This document shows, in pieces, positions 32,122-42,240 of a stretch of 64,000 nucleotides of DNA. Position 1 is the first letter of the stretch; each line of letters opens with the position of its first letter. The notes under the pieces were generated by a model, which made no database searches, was not told where the DNA came from, and was given only the letters and a program-made list of their open reading frames with translations. Made by a program: the position numbers and the translations under genes. This stretch comes from an uncultured delta proteobacterium (GTDB lineage Bacteria > Myxococcota_A > Polyangia > Polyangiales > B10-G4): NCBI GenBank assembly GCA_963727445.1, contig CAVSGI010000005.1, positions 64,001-128,000 on the forward strand, given 5' to 3'.

Positions 32122-32535
32122 TCAATAGGTCGCGGGCAGCGGGATCCCGTCCGTGGGCAGGGCGGGGATGGGCCGGCGGACGGCGCTAGCGAGGGCGTTC
32201 ATCTCCTCGGTGAGGACCGCGACCGAGACCAGCCAGGCCCAACCGGAGAAGAAGGTGGCGACGTTGAAGGCGGCGACGATCAGGCTCTTGTCCCCTCGGC
32301 CTGCCCCCGCGGCTTCGAGCTCTTCGTGGACGATGGTCGCGTTTCGGTACGTGGCGTACATCCCCCACAGTCCGAAGGTGCAGACGGTGAGGATCACGTC
32401 CATCGCGGGCGAGAGGTCGCGGCGGCCGGTCTCCTTCGCCAGCTCCTCGGTCGTCACGTAGAGCCAGTAATAGGCGTAGAGCGTGAAGGTCACGAGGGAG
32501 AGCACGACGACGGTGATGGGGTTTCTGCGGGTCAA
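32122..32535 (-). CDS. DUF4234-like small membrane protein
   Basis: RNPITVVVLSLVTFTLYAYYWLY...EL and LTVCTFGLWGMY pattern; AAAGGA RBS before the TTG. Confidence 0.75.
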   Translation of the reverse strand: MTRRNPITVVVLSLVTFTLYAYYWLYVTTEELAKETGRRDLSPAMDVILTVCTFGLWGMYATYRNATIVHEELEAAGAGRGDKSLIVAAFNVATFFSGWAWLVSVAVLTEEMNALASAVRRPIPALPTDGIPLPATY

Positions 32536-32585
32536 CGAGGGCTCCTTTCAGCTTTCGCTAGTTCCCTACGAGCCGCGCGTCGGCT

Positions 32586-34073
32586 CTATTTCGCGTTTTC
32601 GGCTCTTTTCGCCACCTGGACGGCGAAGGCTTCCTCCGGCGAGAAAACCAAGCGCTTTCGCGCCCAGATCCCGAAGTAGAGGAGCCCGAGCGCGTACCAG
32701 ACGGCGGCGCCGATCGACGACGCTTGCGATAGGCCTCGTCCACGACGAAGAGCGCCACCAGCGTCACCAGCGCGATGCACGAAGGCGATCGCCGCACCGG
32801 CGATGCCGAAGGGGCTCCGGTAGGGGCGCTCGATGTCCGGCAAGCTGCATCGCGGAGCAGGATGAAGGACGCCATCTGCAGCATGTAGCTGATCACCGCG
32901 CCGAAGACGGCCATGTTCAGGAGGATGGCGCCGACAGGGTGGCCGCTGCCGGAAGCGAAGTGGATGGCGAGCGCGACGCGCGTAGCCGAGGAGCGCGCCG
33001 ACACGAGCGCGACGTGGGGCGTCTTGCGGGTCGCGTGGGTCAGCGACAGGCACGCGCGGGAAGTAGCCGGCGCGCGAGAGCGAGTAGATCTGGCGCCCGT
33101 AGGCGTAGATGATGGTGTGGAAGCTCGCGACGAGGCCGGTGACCGCGACTAGCGCGAGAGCGCGCGCGCCGAGGCCGTCGCCGAAGATGGTGCGGAGCCC
33201 GGCGAAGAGCGGCTCGCCCGAGCGCCTGATCCCATGCGGCGCCAGGCGCGATGCCCGTGTTCAAGAAGAGCGTGAGGAACGCCGCGGCGACCAGCGTGAG
33301 CAATCCGTAGAGGATGCCCCGCGGCATGTCGCGCTTGGGGTCGTGCGCCTCCTCGGCGGCGAGGGGCAGCTCTTCGATGGCGAGGTAGAACCAGATCGCG
33401 AAGGGCAGGGCGCCGAAGACGCCGCGCCAGCCCTTCGGCAACCACGCCCCGTGTCCCTCGTCGGGCGCGATGTTCAGCGCGAAGGTCTCGAGGTCGAAGT
33501 GCGGGCAGGGCGCCCACCCAGAAGACGGCGAGGATCGCGAGCGCGAGGAAGGTGATGAGGACCGTGAACTTGAAGGAGAGCTCGACGCCCCAGATGTTGA
33601 GCCCGAGGAAGAGCACGTAGCAGCCCGCCCACCACGCGGGAGCGAAGGCGTCGGGCGTCCCGAAGATCTCGCCGAGGTAGCCGCCGATGCCGACGACGAT
33701 CACCGCAGGGGTCAGCACGTACTCCATGTTCTCGGCGAGCCCGGTGACGTACGCGCCCCAGGGCCCCATCGCCGAGCGCGCGAACGAGTACGCGCCGCCG
33801 GTGTGGGGCAGGGCGGGGGACATCTCGGCGATGGAGAAGCAGAGGCCGAGATACATCACGGTGATCAGCACCGTCGCGATCGGCAGGCCGCCGAATCCGC
33901 CGGCGCGCGAGGCCGAAGTTCCAGCCGAAGAAGTCGCCGCTGATGACGGCGCCGACGCCCAGGGCCCAGAGGGACCAGACCCGGGCGTGGCGCTTCAGGC
34001 CGCGCTGCTCGAAGTAGCCGTCCGGGGCGTCTTCGTAGCTGACGCTGCTGTCCTCGGTCGGCTCTTCCGCCAT
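32586..34073 (-). CDS. eat: Ethanolamine permease / APC amino-acid permease, broken by at least 7 frameshifts
   Basis: YFEQRGLKRH...LWALGVGAVISGDFFGWNFGL, AEMSPALPHTGGAYSFARSAMG, FAIWFYLAIEELPLAAEE, SFHTIIYAYGRQIYSLSRAGYFP, RPYRSP and SPEEAFA are spread over alternating frames. Confidence 0.8.
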
Positions 34074-34099
34074 CGCGGCGAGGATAGCGGAGGCCGATC

Positions 34100-34115
34100 A
34101 GCCGGTCTCGTGCCA
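34100..34115 (-). promoter_or_regulatory. Possible sigma54 promoter for the permease
   Basis: TGGCACGAGACCGGCT has a perfect -24 element and GG-N10-GC spacing; the -12 (CGGC) is imperfect. Confidence 0.35.
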
Positions 34116-34194
34116 TCGCTCGGTGGTGTCGGCGGCCCAAGCCGCGGCCGGCGGAGGTGGAGTGCGGGGTCCCCATCGTGCTAGAGCGTCGGCG

Positions 34195-34906
34195 ATGGCC
34201 TGGCGCTGGATGCGACTCAGAAACCAGAAGGTCCTCGCGCGCTGTGACGAGGACGGCGCGCTCGTCGAAGACGGCGGGCGCGTGGAGATCCGTTACAAGC
34301 CGAACGACGGCCGCGCGTATCGCGCGGCGAGCCGCAACCTCAAGACGGCCGGCGCCAATCTCTTCCCCGACGACCACTGCGGGCCCGCCGAGGCGCCCGA
34401 AGCCAAGCCGGCGAAGAAGAAAGGTGCGTCGAAGAAGAAGAAGTCGGCCGCGCCTGCGGGCCCGCCGCCGACGGCTCCGGCCGATGGCGAGGTGCTCGTC
34501 TATGCCGACGGAGCGTGCAGCGGCAATCCCGGGCCCTCGGGCCTGGGCGTCGTTCGCCTCGACGCGAGCGGGCGCCGCGAGCTCAGCGAGTACCTCGGGC
34601 GGGGCACGAACAACATCGCCGAGCTGACGGCGATCCTCCGCGCGGCGGAGTCGATGGCGGATCCGACGGTCCCGCTGCGCATCTACACCGACTCGAGCTA
34701 CGCGATCGGCGTCCTGACCAAGGGCTGGAAGGCCAAGGCGAACAAGGAGCTCGTCGCAGGACGTGAAGAAGGCGCTCGCGCGTCTCGAAGACGTCGCCCT
34801 CTTCCACGTCCGCGGTCACGCCGGGGTGCCTCTCAACGAAGCCGCCGATCGCCTCGCGGTCGCCGCGGTCGAGTCCCGCGCGACCAAGGGCTGGGTCGAA
34901 GTCTGA
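34195..34906 (+). CDS. rnhA: Ribonuclease HI with N-terminal extra domain (one frameshift near 34760)
   Basis: YADGACSGNPG, TNNIAEL, IYTDSSY and KANKELV; then in the next frame HVRGHAGVPLNEAADRLA. Confidence 0.9.
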
Positions 34907-34921
34907 GGGCTTCGCTACAAT

Positions 34922-35844
34922 TCAGGCGACCGAGCGCGCCGCCTCGCGGCACGTCACGAAGCGATAGCCGCGTTCGCGAAGCACGGCGATGCGGCGCGGA
35001 GGGCGGCCTCCTTCTGCTGCACCGTCTTTCGCAGGTCCGGCTGATGGGGCGCGAGGAACGTCAGGCCATCCTGGTGGGCGTCGGCCATGTCGATGCCGTG
35101 GAGCTCGAGGCTGACCACGTCGCGGGTCGCGGCGAGCTTCGTGAGTCGGCGCGCGCCGGCTTCGCCTGCGAGCGCGACCGTGGTCCCGATGAAGGGCAGC
35201 CGCCCGCTGAAGAGCGAGGTCACGCCGATCGGCAGCTCGACCATGCCCGTACCCCGCCGGTAGTAGGGCCTGCCGACGCGGTAGGGATCCGCGGGCGCGG
35301 TGAGCACGCGGGGATCGTCGACGATGCTGTGGCTGCGCCGTCCGCGCGCGCGGATCAGCCCGATCGCCGCCGCCTTGGCCGAGTAGTAGCCGGGGCAGGG
35401 GAAGACGCTCGAGTCGTACTCGACCTTCAGGCTCTCGAGGACGTCGAAGACCGCGTCGGTGATGGTGTAGCCCGGCGCGCGGAACCCGACGGGACGAGCG
35501 CCGCAGGCCCGCTCGATCGCGTCCGCCCCTTGTTCGATCTCCGCGGTGATCGTCCGGCGGTCCTGGCGCGTCAGATCGTAGAGATGGGTCTTCGAGTGGT
35601 TGGCGATCTCGTGCCCTGCTTCGTGGAGCGAAGCCAGGGCCTGGGCGCTCTCTGGTCGGCCCAGATCGCTGCCGATCGCGAAGAAGGTCGCCGCCACGCC
35701 TTCTTCCTCGAAGAGCGTGGCGAGCCGCGGCACGGCCTTGTCGTAGATGGCGTTCGCCGCGGCGGGGTCGGGCGGGGTCAGGCCGTGGATCTGCGTGTAG
35801 CAACCGACCTCGTCGAGGTCGACGCTGATCGCGGCCAGCTTCAC
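34922..35844 (-). CDS. Polysaccharide deacetylase family protein (frameshift near the 3' end)
   Basis: SVDLDE, ATFFAIG, HEIANHSKTH, GFRAPGY, YDSS and LELHGID; the tail LRERGYRFVT is in another frame. Confidence 0.85.
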
Positions 35845-35850
35845 GCGCGC

Positions 35851-36606
35851 TCAGCCCTTGATCCGGATCGCGACGACCAGGCGGCCCAGATCCTTCAGGA
35901 CACGCGGCACGCGCTTGAACAGGTCGATCGAGGGCGGGCGCTTCTCGAGGACGCGCACCGGGATCTCCTGGATGCGGATGCCTCCGCGCTCGGCGCGGAT
36001 GACGAACTCGGAGGCGAAGAGATCCTTGTCGACCAGACAGGCGCGCGCGATCTCGACGAGCGGCGCACGCCGGAAGGCCTTGAGTCCGTGGGTGTCGGTG
36101 CCGGTGAAGCCCAGCGCGACGCGGAGCAAGCCGTTGATCACCACCGTGCCCGCGTGCCGCATCATCGGCCGCTCGTCGCTCGCGCCGCCCATCAGCTTGG
36201 AGCCGATCACCAGGTCGGCCTTTTTCGTCTCGAGGATGTCCATCGCGCGGCGGTAGAAGTCCGTGTCGCAAAGATCGATCTCGTCGCAGATCACGAACTC
36301 GCCGGTGGCTTCGAGGATCCCCCGGCGCAGCGCCTTGCCGTAGTTCGGCTCGCCAAGGCTGAAGCTCTTCACCTGCGGGAAGCGATTGTGGAGCCCTTCG
36401 GCGATCTCCACCGTCGCGTCCCTCGAACCGTTCTCCGCAAGGATCAGCTCGTAGGGCCAATCGAACTCGGTGAGACGATCGATGAGGTCGATGACCGCCG
36501 CCTTCAGGATCGCCTCCTCGTTGTAGATCGGGATGACGATCGAAACGCGCGGCACCACGTCTTCGGATTCCTTGTTTCCCATGAGTTCGGCGGGAATCTT
36601 CCTCAC
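35851..36606 (-). CDS. Glycosyltransferase family 2 (Dol-P-glucosyltransferase-like)
   Basis: [32 protein letters not shown] and DTHGLKAF. The start may be ATG 36582. Confidence 0.88.
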   Translation of the reverse strand: MRKIPAELMGNKESEDVVPRVSIVIPIYNEEAILKAAVIDLIDRLTEFDWPYELILAENGSRDATVEIAEGLHNRFPQVKSFSLGEPNYGKALRRGILEATGEFVICDEIDLCDTDFYRRAMDILETKKADLVIGSKLMGGASDERPMMRHAGTVVINGLLRVALGFTGTDTHGLKAFRRAPLVEIARACLVDKDLFASEFVIRAERGGIRIQEIPVRVLEKRPPSIDLFKRVPRVLKDLGRLVVAIRIKG

Positions 36607-36619
36607 GCGCCCTTTCAGG

Positions 36620-37717
36620 TCAAGGGATGGCGCAAAGGAGGGCGTGAGCCGCTTCGCAGCGCGCGCGAAGCCCCGCTACCGAGGCGAAAATCGCGGCGGA
36701 GCGACCGGTTTCGACGATCGCCTCGCCTCCGTCGAAGAGGAGGGTCACCCGGCCGCCCACCACGGTCAGGGCGCGAAAGCTCTCGCCCGCGCCGAGATCG
36801 ATGGTGCCGGTGCCCGAGAGCCGGCGGACGTCGAGGTGCGCGTTCGTGATCGCTGAGCCCTCGCCGCCACAGAGGCGGTCGATCGCGACGTCGGCGGAAG
36901 GGGAGGGCACGCCAGCCCTGTGGCGGATCTCGCGCAAGAGCGCCTCTTCGCGCGGGCGGTCCCAGGCGGTGATGGCGAGCGCATCGTCCACGTGGAGCGC
37001 GCGGGGCGCGCCGTCGGGGCTCGGCTTGCCCTCTTCGTCGTAGCGTCGGTTCCAGTCCCAGTAGCGGTAGGTCACCCCGCGACGGCCGGGCGCGACGTGC
37101 TGGGGCTCGACCAGCGTCAGACCGGCGCCGATGGCGTGGGCGGTGCCCGCTTCGATGACGAAGAAGTCGCCCGGCGCCACGGGAACGAAGAAGAGGAGCT
37201 CCGAGACGTCCTGCTCCTTCGCGAGCGCCTCTCTCATCGTCTCTCGCGTGACGCCGTCGCGCAGGCCCAGGTAGAGCCCGGCGCCCTCAGCGGCCTCGAG
37301 CACGTACCAGGACTCGGGCTTGCCGGCCTGATCGGGTGCGAGCTTCGGGTAGTCGTCGCTCGGGTGGATCTGGACCGACAGCGGTGCCGCGGCGTCGAGG
37401 AGCTTCACGAGGAGCGCAGTGGCGGAGCGGCCCTTCGCCGCTTCGGCGCCGAGCGCGGCCACCGGGTCCGCAGCCAGGACCTCGGCGAGGGTGGTCTGCA
37501 CCCCGTCGAGGCGGCTCGGGAAGTCCGGCGTCGCCGAGACCTCCCAGGACTCCCCCACCCTCGGGTAGCGCCGGCTCGGGTCGACGGGAGCGCTCGCCTT
37601 GTAGTGGTCGACGATGCGCGAGCCGCCCCAGGGGGTGCGGCTCGGAGGGGTGAAATTGTCGGCCGCGAGGAGGGCCGGGGCCCTCAGCAGGGCCTCGGGG
37701 TCAAAAGCCTTGGTCAC
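36620..37717 (-). CDS. manA: Class I mannose-6-phosphate isomerase
   Basis: [38 protein letters not shown] and TYRYWDWNR. Confidence 0.88.
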   Translation of the reverse strand: MTKAFDPEALLRAPALLAADNFTPPSRTPWGGSRIVDHYKASAPVDPSRRYPRVGESWEVSATPDFPSRLDGVQTTLAEVLAADPVAALGAEAAKGRSATALLVKLLDAAAPLSVQIHPSDDYPKLAPDQAGKPESWYVLEAAEGAGLYLGLRDGVTRETMREALAKEQDVSELLFFVPVAPGDFFVIEAGTAHAIGAGLTLVEPQHVAPGRRGVTYRYWDWNRRYDEEGKPSPDGAPRALHVDDALAITAWDRPREEALLREIRHRAGVPSPSADVAIDRLCGGEGSAITNAHLDVRRLSGTGTIDLGAGESFRALTVVGGRVTLLFDGGEAIVETGRSAAIFASVAGLRARCEAAHALLCAIP

Positions 37718-37770
37718 TTTTTTGGTAGGAGGATGTAGGACATGTAGGTTCGGCCCAGGAGGCAGCGAAC

Positions 37771-38089
37771 ATGGGCTATCGAGGCAACGACCGTCGGATC
37801 CACAAGGTCTTCATCACCCGCAACACCGAATATCACGTTCCGTCGTGGTCAGTGCGTGGGGGTTCGCGATCGACGCAGCGGCGAGTGGCTTCGGGCCCAC
37901 CTGGCCCTTCGCTCCAAGATCAGCGGCTCCATCCGCTTCAGCTCCGAGGGCGGCGTGGTCCCGAACGAGGGCAGGCCCGAGATCGGTGATTCGCTCTTCT
38001 TCCAGGCGGCGGGCCGGGACCTGGTCACCAGCTCCATCCTCGCCGTCGAGCGCCCGCAGAAGATGATCGTTCAGAGCTACGAGCTCTGA
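37771..38089 (+). CDS. Small hypothetical protein, about 105 aa (one frameshift near 37838)
   Basis: AGGAGG RBS. Two short ORFs join on removing one base: MGYRGNDRRIHKVFITRNTEYHVRRGQCVGVRDRRSGEW...LVTSSILAVERP. Confidence 0.7.
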
Positions 38090-38970
38090 GCTTCGTCGAG
38101 TAGCGCGTGAAGAGCGGTGCCCGTCAGGCGCTGCTCTCCGCTGAGTGCAGCGGTCACCAGCACGACGCCATCGCCGGCGCGCACCGCGACGCCTCCGTCG
38201 ACGCACCGCGCCTGGGCAACCTCGAGCGCCGCCGGAAACGATCCGGCGTGACGCTCTGCCGCGACCACGTCGATCGCGTGACCGGCGAAGTCGGCGCTGG
38301 CGCCCGGATGCGGCGAAGCCGCGCGCACGAGCCGCAGGATCTCGTTCACGCCGCGCCGCCAATCGATGGCGAGGTCTTCGGGGCTCGGTCGCGGGGCGAG
38401 GGTCGCGGCGTCTTCGTCTTGCGCGCGGCCTTCGAGCGTTTCCCCGCGGGCGAGGCGGTCGGCGGCTTGGCCCAGAAGCTCGAGCGATGGAGTGTCGAGA
38501 CGACGCGCGAGAGACCACGCATCGTCGTCGTCGCGGATCGCGAGCGCGCGCTGCGTGACGATGAGACCCGTGTCGTACTCCGGCGCGAGGCGGTGAAGCG
38601 TGACCCCCGTCTTCGTGTCGCCCCTCGCCAGCGCCCAGAAGTAGGGGTCGGGGCCGCGCCACCGTGGCAGGAGCGAGGGGTGCACCCCGAAGGCGCCCCT
38701 GGGCGGCAGCGTCAGGAGCCAGGGCGGGATCCGCCAGGGCCAGAACCAGCTCAGCAGGACGTCCGGCCGGCAGGCCTGGATGACCGCCTCGACCGGTGCG
38801 GCGTCGAGTGCGGGGCGGCCGAGGATCAACGCGCCACGGGCGCCGAGGCGGCGCCGAACGCGCCGCGCCCCAGGGGCCCTCGGGTGGCCCAGCGCGACGA
38901 CTTTCGGTCCGTGTCCGAGGCGGTCCAGGTGGAGCGCCCCCAGGGGCAGGCCCAGGTACAGGATGCGCAC
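38077..38970 (-). CDS. Methionyl-tRNA formyltransferase-like formyltransferase
   Basis: GVHPSLLPRWRGPDP, TGVTLH, YDTG, IDW and VRAASPHPGA. Confidence 0.85.
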   Translation of the reverse strand: MRILYLGLPLGALHLDRLGHGPKVVALGHPRAPGARRVRRRLGARGALILGRPALDAAPVEAVIQACRPDVLLSWFWPWRIPPWLLTLPPRGAFGVHPSLLPRWRGPDPYFWALARGDTKTGVTLHRLAPEYDTGLIVTQRALAIRDDDDAWSLARRLDTPSLELLGQAADRLARGETLEGRAQDEDAATLAPRPSPEDLAIDWRRGVNEILRLVRAASPHPGASADFAGHAIDVVAAERHAGSFPAALEVAQARCVDGGVAVRAGDGVVLVTAALSGEQRLTGTALHALLDEAQSS

Positions 38971-38974
38971 AATC

Positions 38975-38988
38975 GGTGGTATACCGCC
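38975..38988. promoter_or_regulatory. Near-palindromic bidirectional -10 element between divergent genes
   Basis: GGTGGTATACCGCC gives TATACC on both strands, each exactly 7 nt before a GTG start. Confidence 0.5.
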
Positions 38989-38992
38989 CGCC

Positions 38993-39403
38993 GTGGCGAG
39001 TGCCCGCAAAACCATCCGGGTGGTGGCAGCCGTCGTCGAGCGCGACGGTCGATATCTGATTACCCAACGGCGACCGAACGCCGTCCTGCCGCTGCTCTGG
39101 GAGTTCCCCGGCGGGCGGGTCGAGGAGGGCGAGTCGGACGCGGACGCGCTCGCCCGTGAGGTCCGCGAGCGCCTCGACGCCGGCGTCGAGGTGGGTCAGA
39201 TGATCTCCTACGTACGCCACCCCTACGAGCATTACGAGGTCGAGCTCTATCTGTACGAGTGTCGTCTCGTCGGAGGAAACGACACCCTCACCCGTCAGGC
39301 GGTCAACGACTACCGCTGGGTGACCTCCGCCGAGTTCGATCAGTACACCTTCACGCCCGCCGACGAGGCCTCGATGGCGAAGCTCCTCGGAGAGACGAAC
39401 TGA
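38993..39403 (+). CDS. NUDIX hydrolase, MutT/NudG-like
   Basis: VVAAV, LITQR and Nudix box WEFPGGRVEEGESDADALAREVRERL; PAD near the C-terminus. Confidence 0.9.
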   Translation: MASARKTIRVVAAVVERDGRYLITQRRPNAVLPLLWEFPGGRVEEGESDADALAREVRERLDAGVEVGQMISYVRHPYEHYEVELYLYECRLVGGNDTLTRQAVNDYRWVTSAEFDQYTFTPADEASMAKLLGETN

Positions 39404-39978
39404 TGATGCGAAAGACGACCCTCGCCATTTTCCTGCTCCTACCGCTGGCCGCAGCGTGTGATCGCGCCGAGCCCACCGCCAGCGCGCAGACGCACGAAGC
39501 GTCCGCCGAGACCGCCCAGGCCGAGCCCGCGCCCGAAGGGCCAGCGGAAGAAGCCGAGCCGGCGCCCGCCCCTTCGGGCCCGACGCCCACCAGCGTCGCG
39601 GAGGACGGCTCCCGTCTCTTCGGCGACGCGCTCAGCGAGCGCGAGGCCGTTCCCCTGGCCACGCTCATGTCATCGCCGGGCGACTACGACGGGCAGGTGG
39701 TGCGCACGGAGGGGATCATCAGCGCGGTCTGTCAGCGCATGGGCTGCTGGATGGAGCTCAAGGCCGAAGAGGATGGCCCGGCGATCCGCGTGCCGATGGC
39801 GGGGCACAGCTTCTTCCTTCCGCGCGACGTCTCGGGGGCGCGCGCGACCATCGAGGGCACGGTCGAGGTCCGCGAGCTTCCGCCCGATTGGCAGGAGCAC
39901 CTTCGTGAAGAGGGCGCCCAGGCCGCCGGTCAGGCGCTCGGCATCAACGCCACCGGCGTGCTCATTCATGCGGGATAG
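39403..39978 (+). CDS. DUF4920-like OB-fold lipoprotein
   Basis: Lipobox LAAA-C; VRTEG...VCQRMGCWM...FFLPRD...ATGV; TGATG coupling to the NUDIX gene. Confidence 0.8.
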   Translation: MMRKTTLAIFLLLPLAAACDRAEPTASAQTHEASAETAQAEPAPEGPAEEAEPAPAPSGPTPTSVAEDGSRLFGDALSEREAVPLATLMSSPGDYDGQVVRTEGIISAVCQRMGCWMELKAEEDGPAIRVPMAGHSFFLPRDVSGARATIEGTVEVRELPPDWQEHLREEGAQAAGQALGINATGVLIHAG

Positions 39979-39984
39979 CTAGCG

Positions 39985-40845
39985 TTGGGCGACGCCCCGG
40001 AAGTCTGCCCCAGCTGCGGCACCAAAGTGCCCGAGGGGCGGACCCGCTGCCCGGGCTGCGGCAAGGTCTTCGGCGAGGACAATCGCTGCCCGAGCTGTCA
40101 CGCCGTGGCTGGCGTCGTCCCGACCGCGGGTGGTGGCTATGCCTGCGCGGCGTGCAGCGCACCGCGGCAGCGGCTCGGCGGCACGGTGGTGCTCGGCGGC
40201 GGCACGCTGATGCCCCGTCTGTCGATGACGCCCGCCGCGCCGGCCGCGACGCCGGGCTCCATGGCGCCGCCCGCAGCGGACGAGGTGCCCGCCGCGCAGG
40301 CGCACACGCGCGCGGCCTACGTCTCCCGCGGCCGCGCCACCGGGCTCCGCCTCTTCGGTGCAGGTGCCATCGGGGTCGGCGTGCTCGCGGCGACCGCCCT
40401 CGGCCTTCTGGTTCCCGGCGCCGCTGGGTTGGTGTTGGCGGCGGTGATGGGCGGCGGCTTCGTGACGGTCGGCGCGCTGTCCCTGCGCGCCGGCGCGCGC
40501 GCCACCGAAGAAGCCTCCTCGCAGAGCTCCGCGGCACGCGAGCTCGCCATCCTCGCCCTCGCCGAGAACAGCGAGGGTGACCTCACGGCGACCGAGGTCG
40601 CACGCGGTCTGGGCGTCGCGCTCGCCGACGCGGACGCCGCCCTCACCGCGATGGCTGACGGAAGTCGGGTGGCGGTGGAGGTCGATCCCGAAGGCGTCGT
40701 CCACTACGTCTTCCGCGAGCTGCGCCAGAAGCTGCCAACCGCGCCGCGCCTGCGGGTCGACGCGAGCCTCGCTCCGCGCGACGCGGTGGAAGAGGCGGTC
40801 GAGCTCGAAGCCCGGGAAGCGGCCGAAGCCAGCGAGCGGAGCTGA
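39985..40845 (+). CDS. Zinc-ribbon (4x CxxC) membrane protein with C-terminal winged-helix-like domain
   Basis: CPSC, CPGC, CPSC and CAAC; two TM segments; LTATEVARGLGVALADADAAL...EVDPEGVVHYVF. Confidence 0.7.
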   Translation: MGDAPEVCPSCGTKVPEGRTRCPGCGKVFGEDNRCPSCHAVAGVVPTAGGGYACAACSAPRQRLGGTVVLGGGTLMPRLSMTPAAPAATPGSMAPPAADEVPAAQAHTRAAYVSRGRATGLRLFGAGAIGVGVLAATALGLLVPGAAGLVLAAVMGGGFVTVGALSLRAGARATEEASSQSSAARELAILALAENSEGDLTATEVARGLGVALADADAALTAMADGSRVAVEVDPEGVVHYVFRELRQKLPTAPRLRVDASLAPRDAVEEAVELEAREAAEASERS

Positions 40846-40852
40846 AGAGGGC

Positions 40853-41428
40853 TCAGGCGAGCGCGCTCTCGTTGTGCTGGCCGGCGGGTGCGTTCACGGC
40901 GGCGCTGAGCGCGATCACCTCGACCAGGATCGCGCGATAGATGTGATCGATGTCCTCGAGGTCGGAGTCGCCGCCCGCCTGGGCGATCGCCTCTTCGAGG
41001 TGGTGTTGCACGAAGCCGAGCACCGCGGGCTGCCCCATCGCCACCACGTCGTCGGAGTCGAGCACCTCGAGGGGATCGGCGGCGCGCAGCTCTTCGTCCG
41101 TGGTGAGCGTATCCAGCGCGATCTCGAGAGTGCTCTCGTCCACCTCGCCGAGGCGGGTGGGGAAGGCCTCTCGAAAGGCCCGATAGACGGTGACGATCAG
41201 GAAGTAGCCGAGGGACTGGGCCAGCTCGTCGCTGCGGAGCGCGACCTCCTCGGCGAGCCACTGGCTGAGGGCGGGTTGCCGTCGCTCCAGCTCCCGGTAG
41301 GCGGCGTCGAGCACCTCCTGGAGGTCCTCGTCCCCTCCTTCGAGCTCGCGCTCCATCGCTTCGACGGAGGCGTCATCGACCACCGCCCACTTTTGAACCG
41401 GGCGGAGGGCCGCCTTTCGCAGGAACAC
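40853..41428 (-). CDS. Hypothetical acidic all-helical protein
   Basis: 191 aa ORF with internally repeated QPAL/QPAV helical motif. Confidence 0.7.
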   Translation of the reverse strand: MFLRKAALRPVQKWAVVDDASVEAMERELEGGDEDLQEVLDAAYRELERRQPALSQWLAEEVALRSDELAQSLGYFLIVTVYRAFREAFPTRLGEVDESTLEIALDTLTTDEELRAADPLEVLDSDDVVAMGQPAVLGFVQHHLEEAIAQAGGDSDLEDIDHIYRAILVEVIALSAAVNAPAGQHNESALA

Positions 41429-41472
41429 GTCGTGAGTCTAGCCGACCCACTCGATCGGGTCGACTACTCGCA

Positions 41473-42216
41473 CTACCCGAAGAAGAGGGGGGCGCGCACT
41501 CGAATGAAGCGCATCACGGCGGCCTTGTCCGCTTCACCGAGGTCCTCGAAGACGACGCCCATCCCGGGTTGATGCGTCTCGTCGCTGGAGCGCGGGGGCT
41601 CCCGCACCCAGCTCACGCGCGCCCGGGCGCGGATTCGTCGGCCCTCGGGTAGAACGAAGGAGAGGGTCAGCTCTTCGCCGACCGACAAGAGGTCCCAGGT
41701 CGCGATGAAGAGGCCGCCGTCCGACAGGTCTCCACTGAAGCCGGTGAAGAAGTTGGTCTCGGTGTGAAAACCGATCACCGCTTCGATCTCGATGCGCTCT
41801 CCGCTGCGTCGCTCGTGGCCAGTAGCCCGCTTGCGCCCGAGGGGGATCACCGGCTCGTCGTCGGCGTCGACCGCTTGGAGGGAGCGCATCAGCTCCTCTC
41901 GCGCCGGATGGAGGATGGTGAGCGACGCCGCCAGCGAGGCGGCCGCCTCGTAGACCACGGGGATCGCCGTCTCGTCCTGGGCGTCGGCGAGGGCCTGACG
42001 GAGGACCTCGATGGCTGCGCCCATCGAGTCGAGGATGCCCGCTTCGTCGCGAGTCTCGGCAGCGAAGAGGTGGCGCACCGCCCTCGAGACGTTGCGGGCC
42101 AGAGGCTCGATGGTCTCCTGGGCCTCGTCCTTCGCCTGTAGCGTGGCCATCGCGCTGGCGAGCTCGCCCCGCGCCTGCCTGGCGGCTGCTACCGCCGTTC
42201 GGGAAAGCTCTCCCAA
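41473..42216 (-). CDS. TIGR02266-family PilZ-like protein (intact c-di-GMP motifs)
   Basis: ERRSGER, NFFTGFSGDLSDGGLFIAT, ARVSWVR, PGMGVVF and FIRVRAPLFF. Confidence 0.85.
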   Translation of the reverse strand: MGELSRTAVAAARQARGELASAMATLQAKDEAQETIEPLARNVSRAVRHLFAAETRDEAGILDSMGAAIEVLRQALADAQDETAIPVVYEAAASLAASLTILHPAREELMRSLQAVDADDEPVIPLGRKRATGHERRSGERIEIEAVIGFHTETNFFTGFSGDLSDGGLFIATWDLLSVGEELTLSFVLPEGRRIRARARVSWVREPPRSSDETHQPGMGVVFEDLGEADKAAVMRFIRVRAPLFFG

Positions 42217-42240
42217 AAGGCCACCCCCGTCGGGCTCCGA

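Noticed and set aside
34123..36849. 908 aa RNase H 'fusion'
   Set aside because: Artefact of the frameshift near 34760. The true C-terminus is in the next frame, and the rest is antisense to the deacetylase and GT2 genes.
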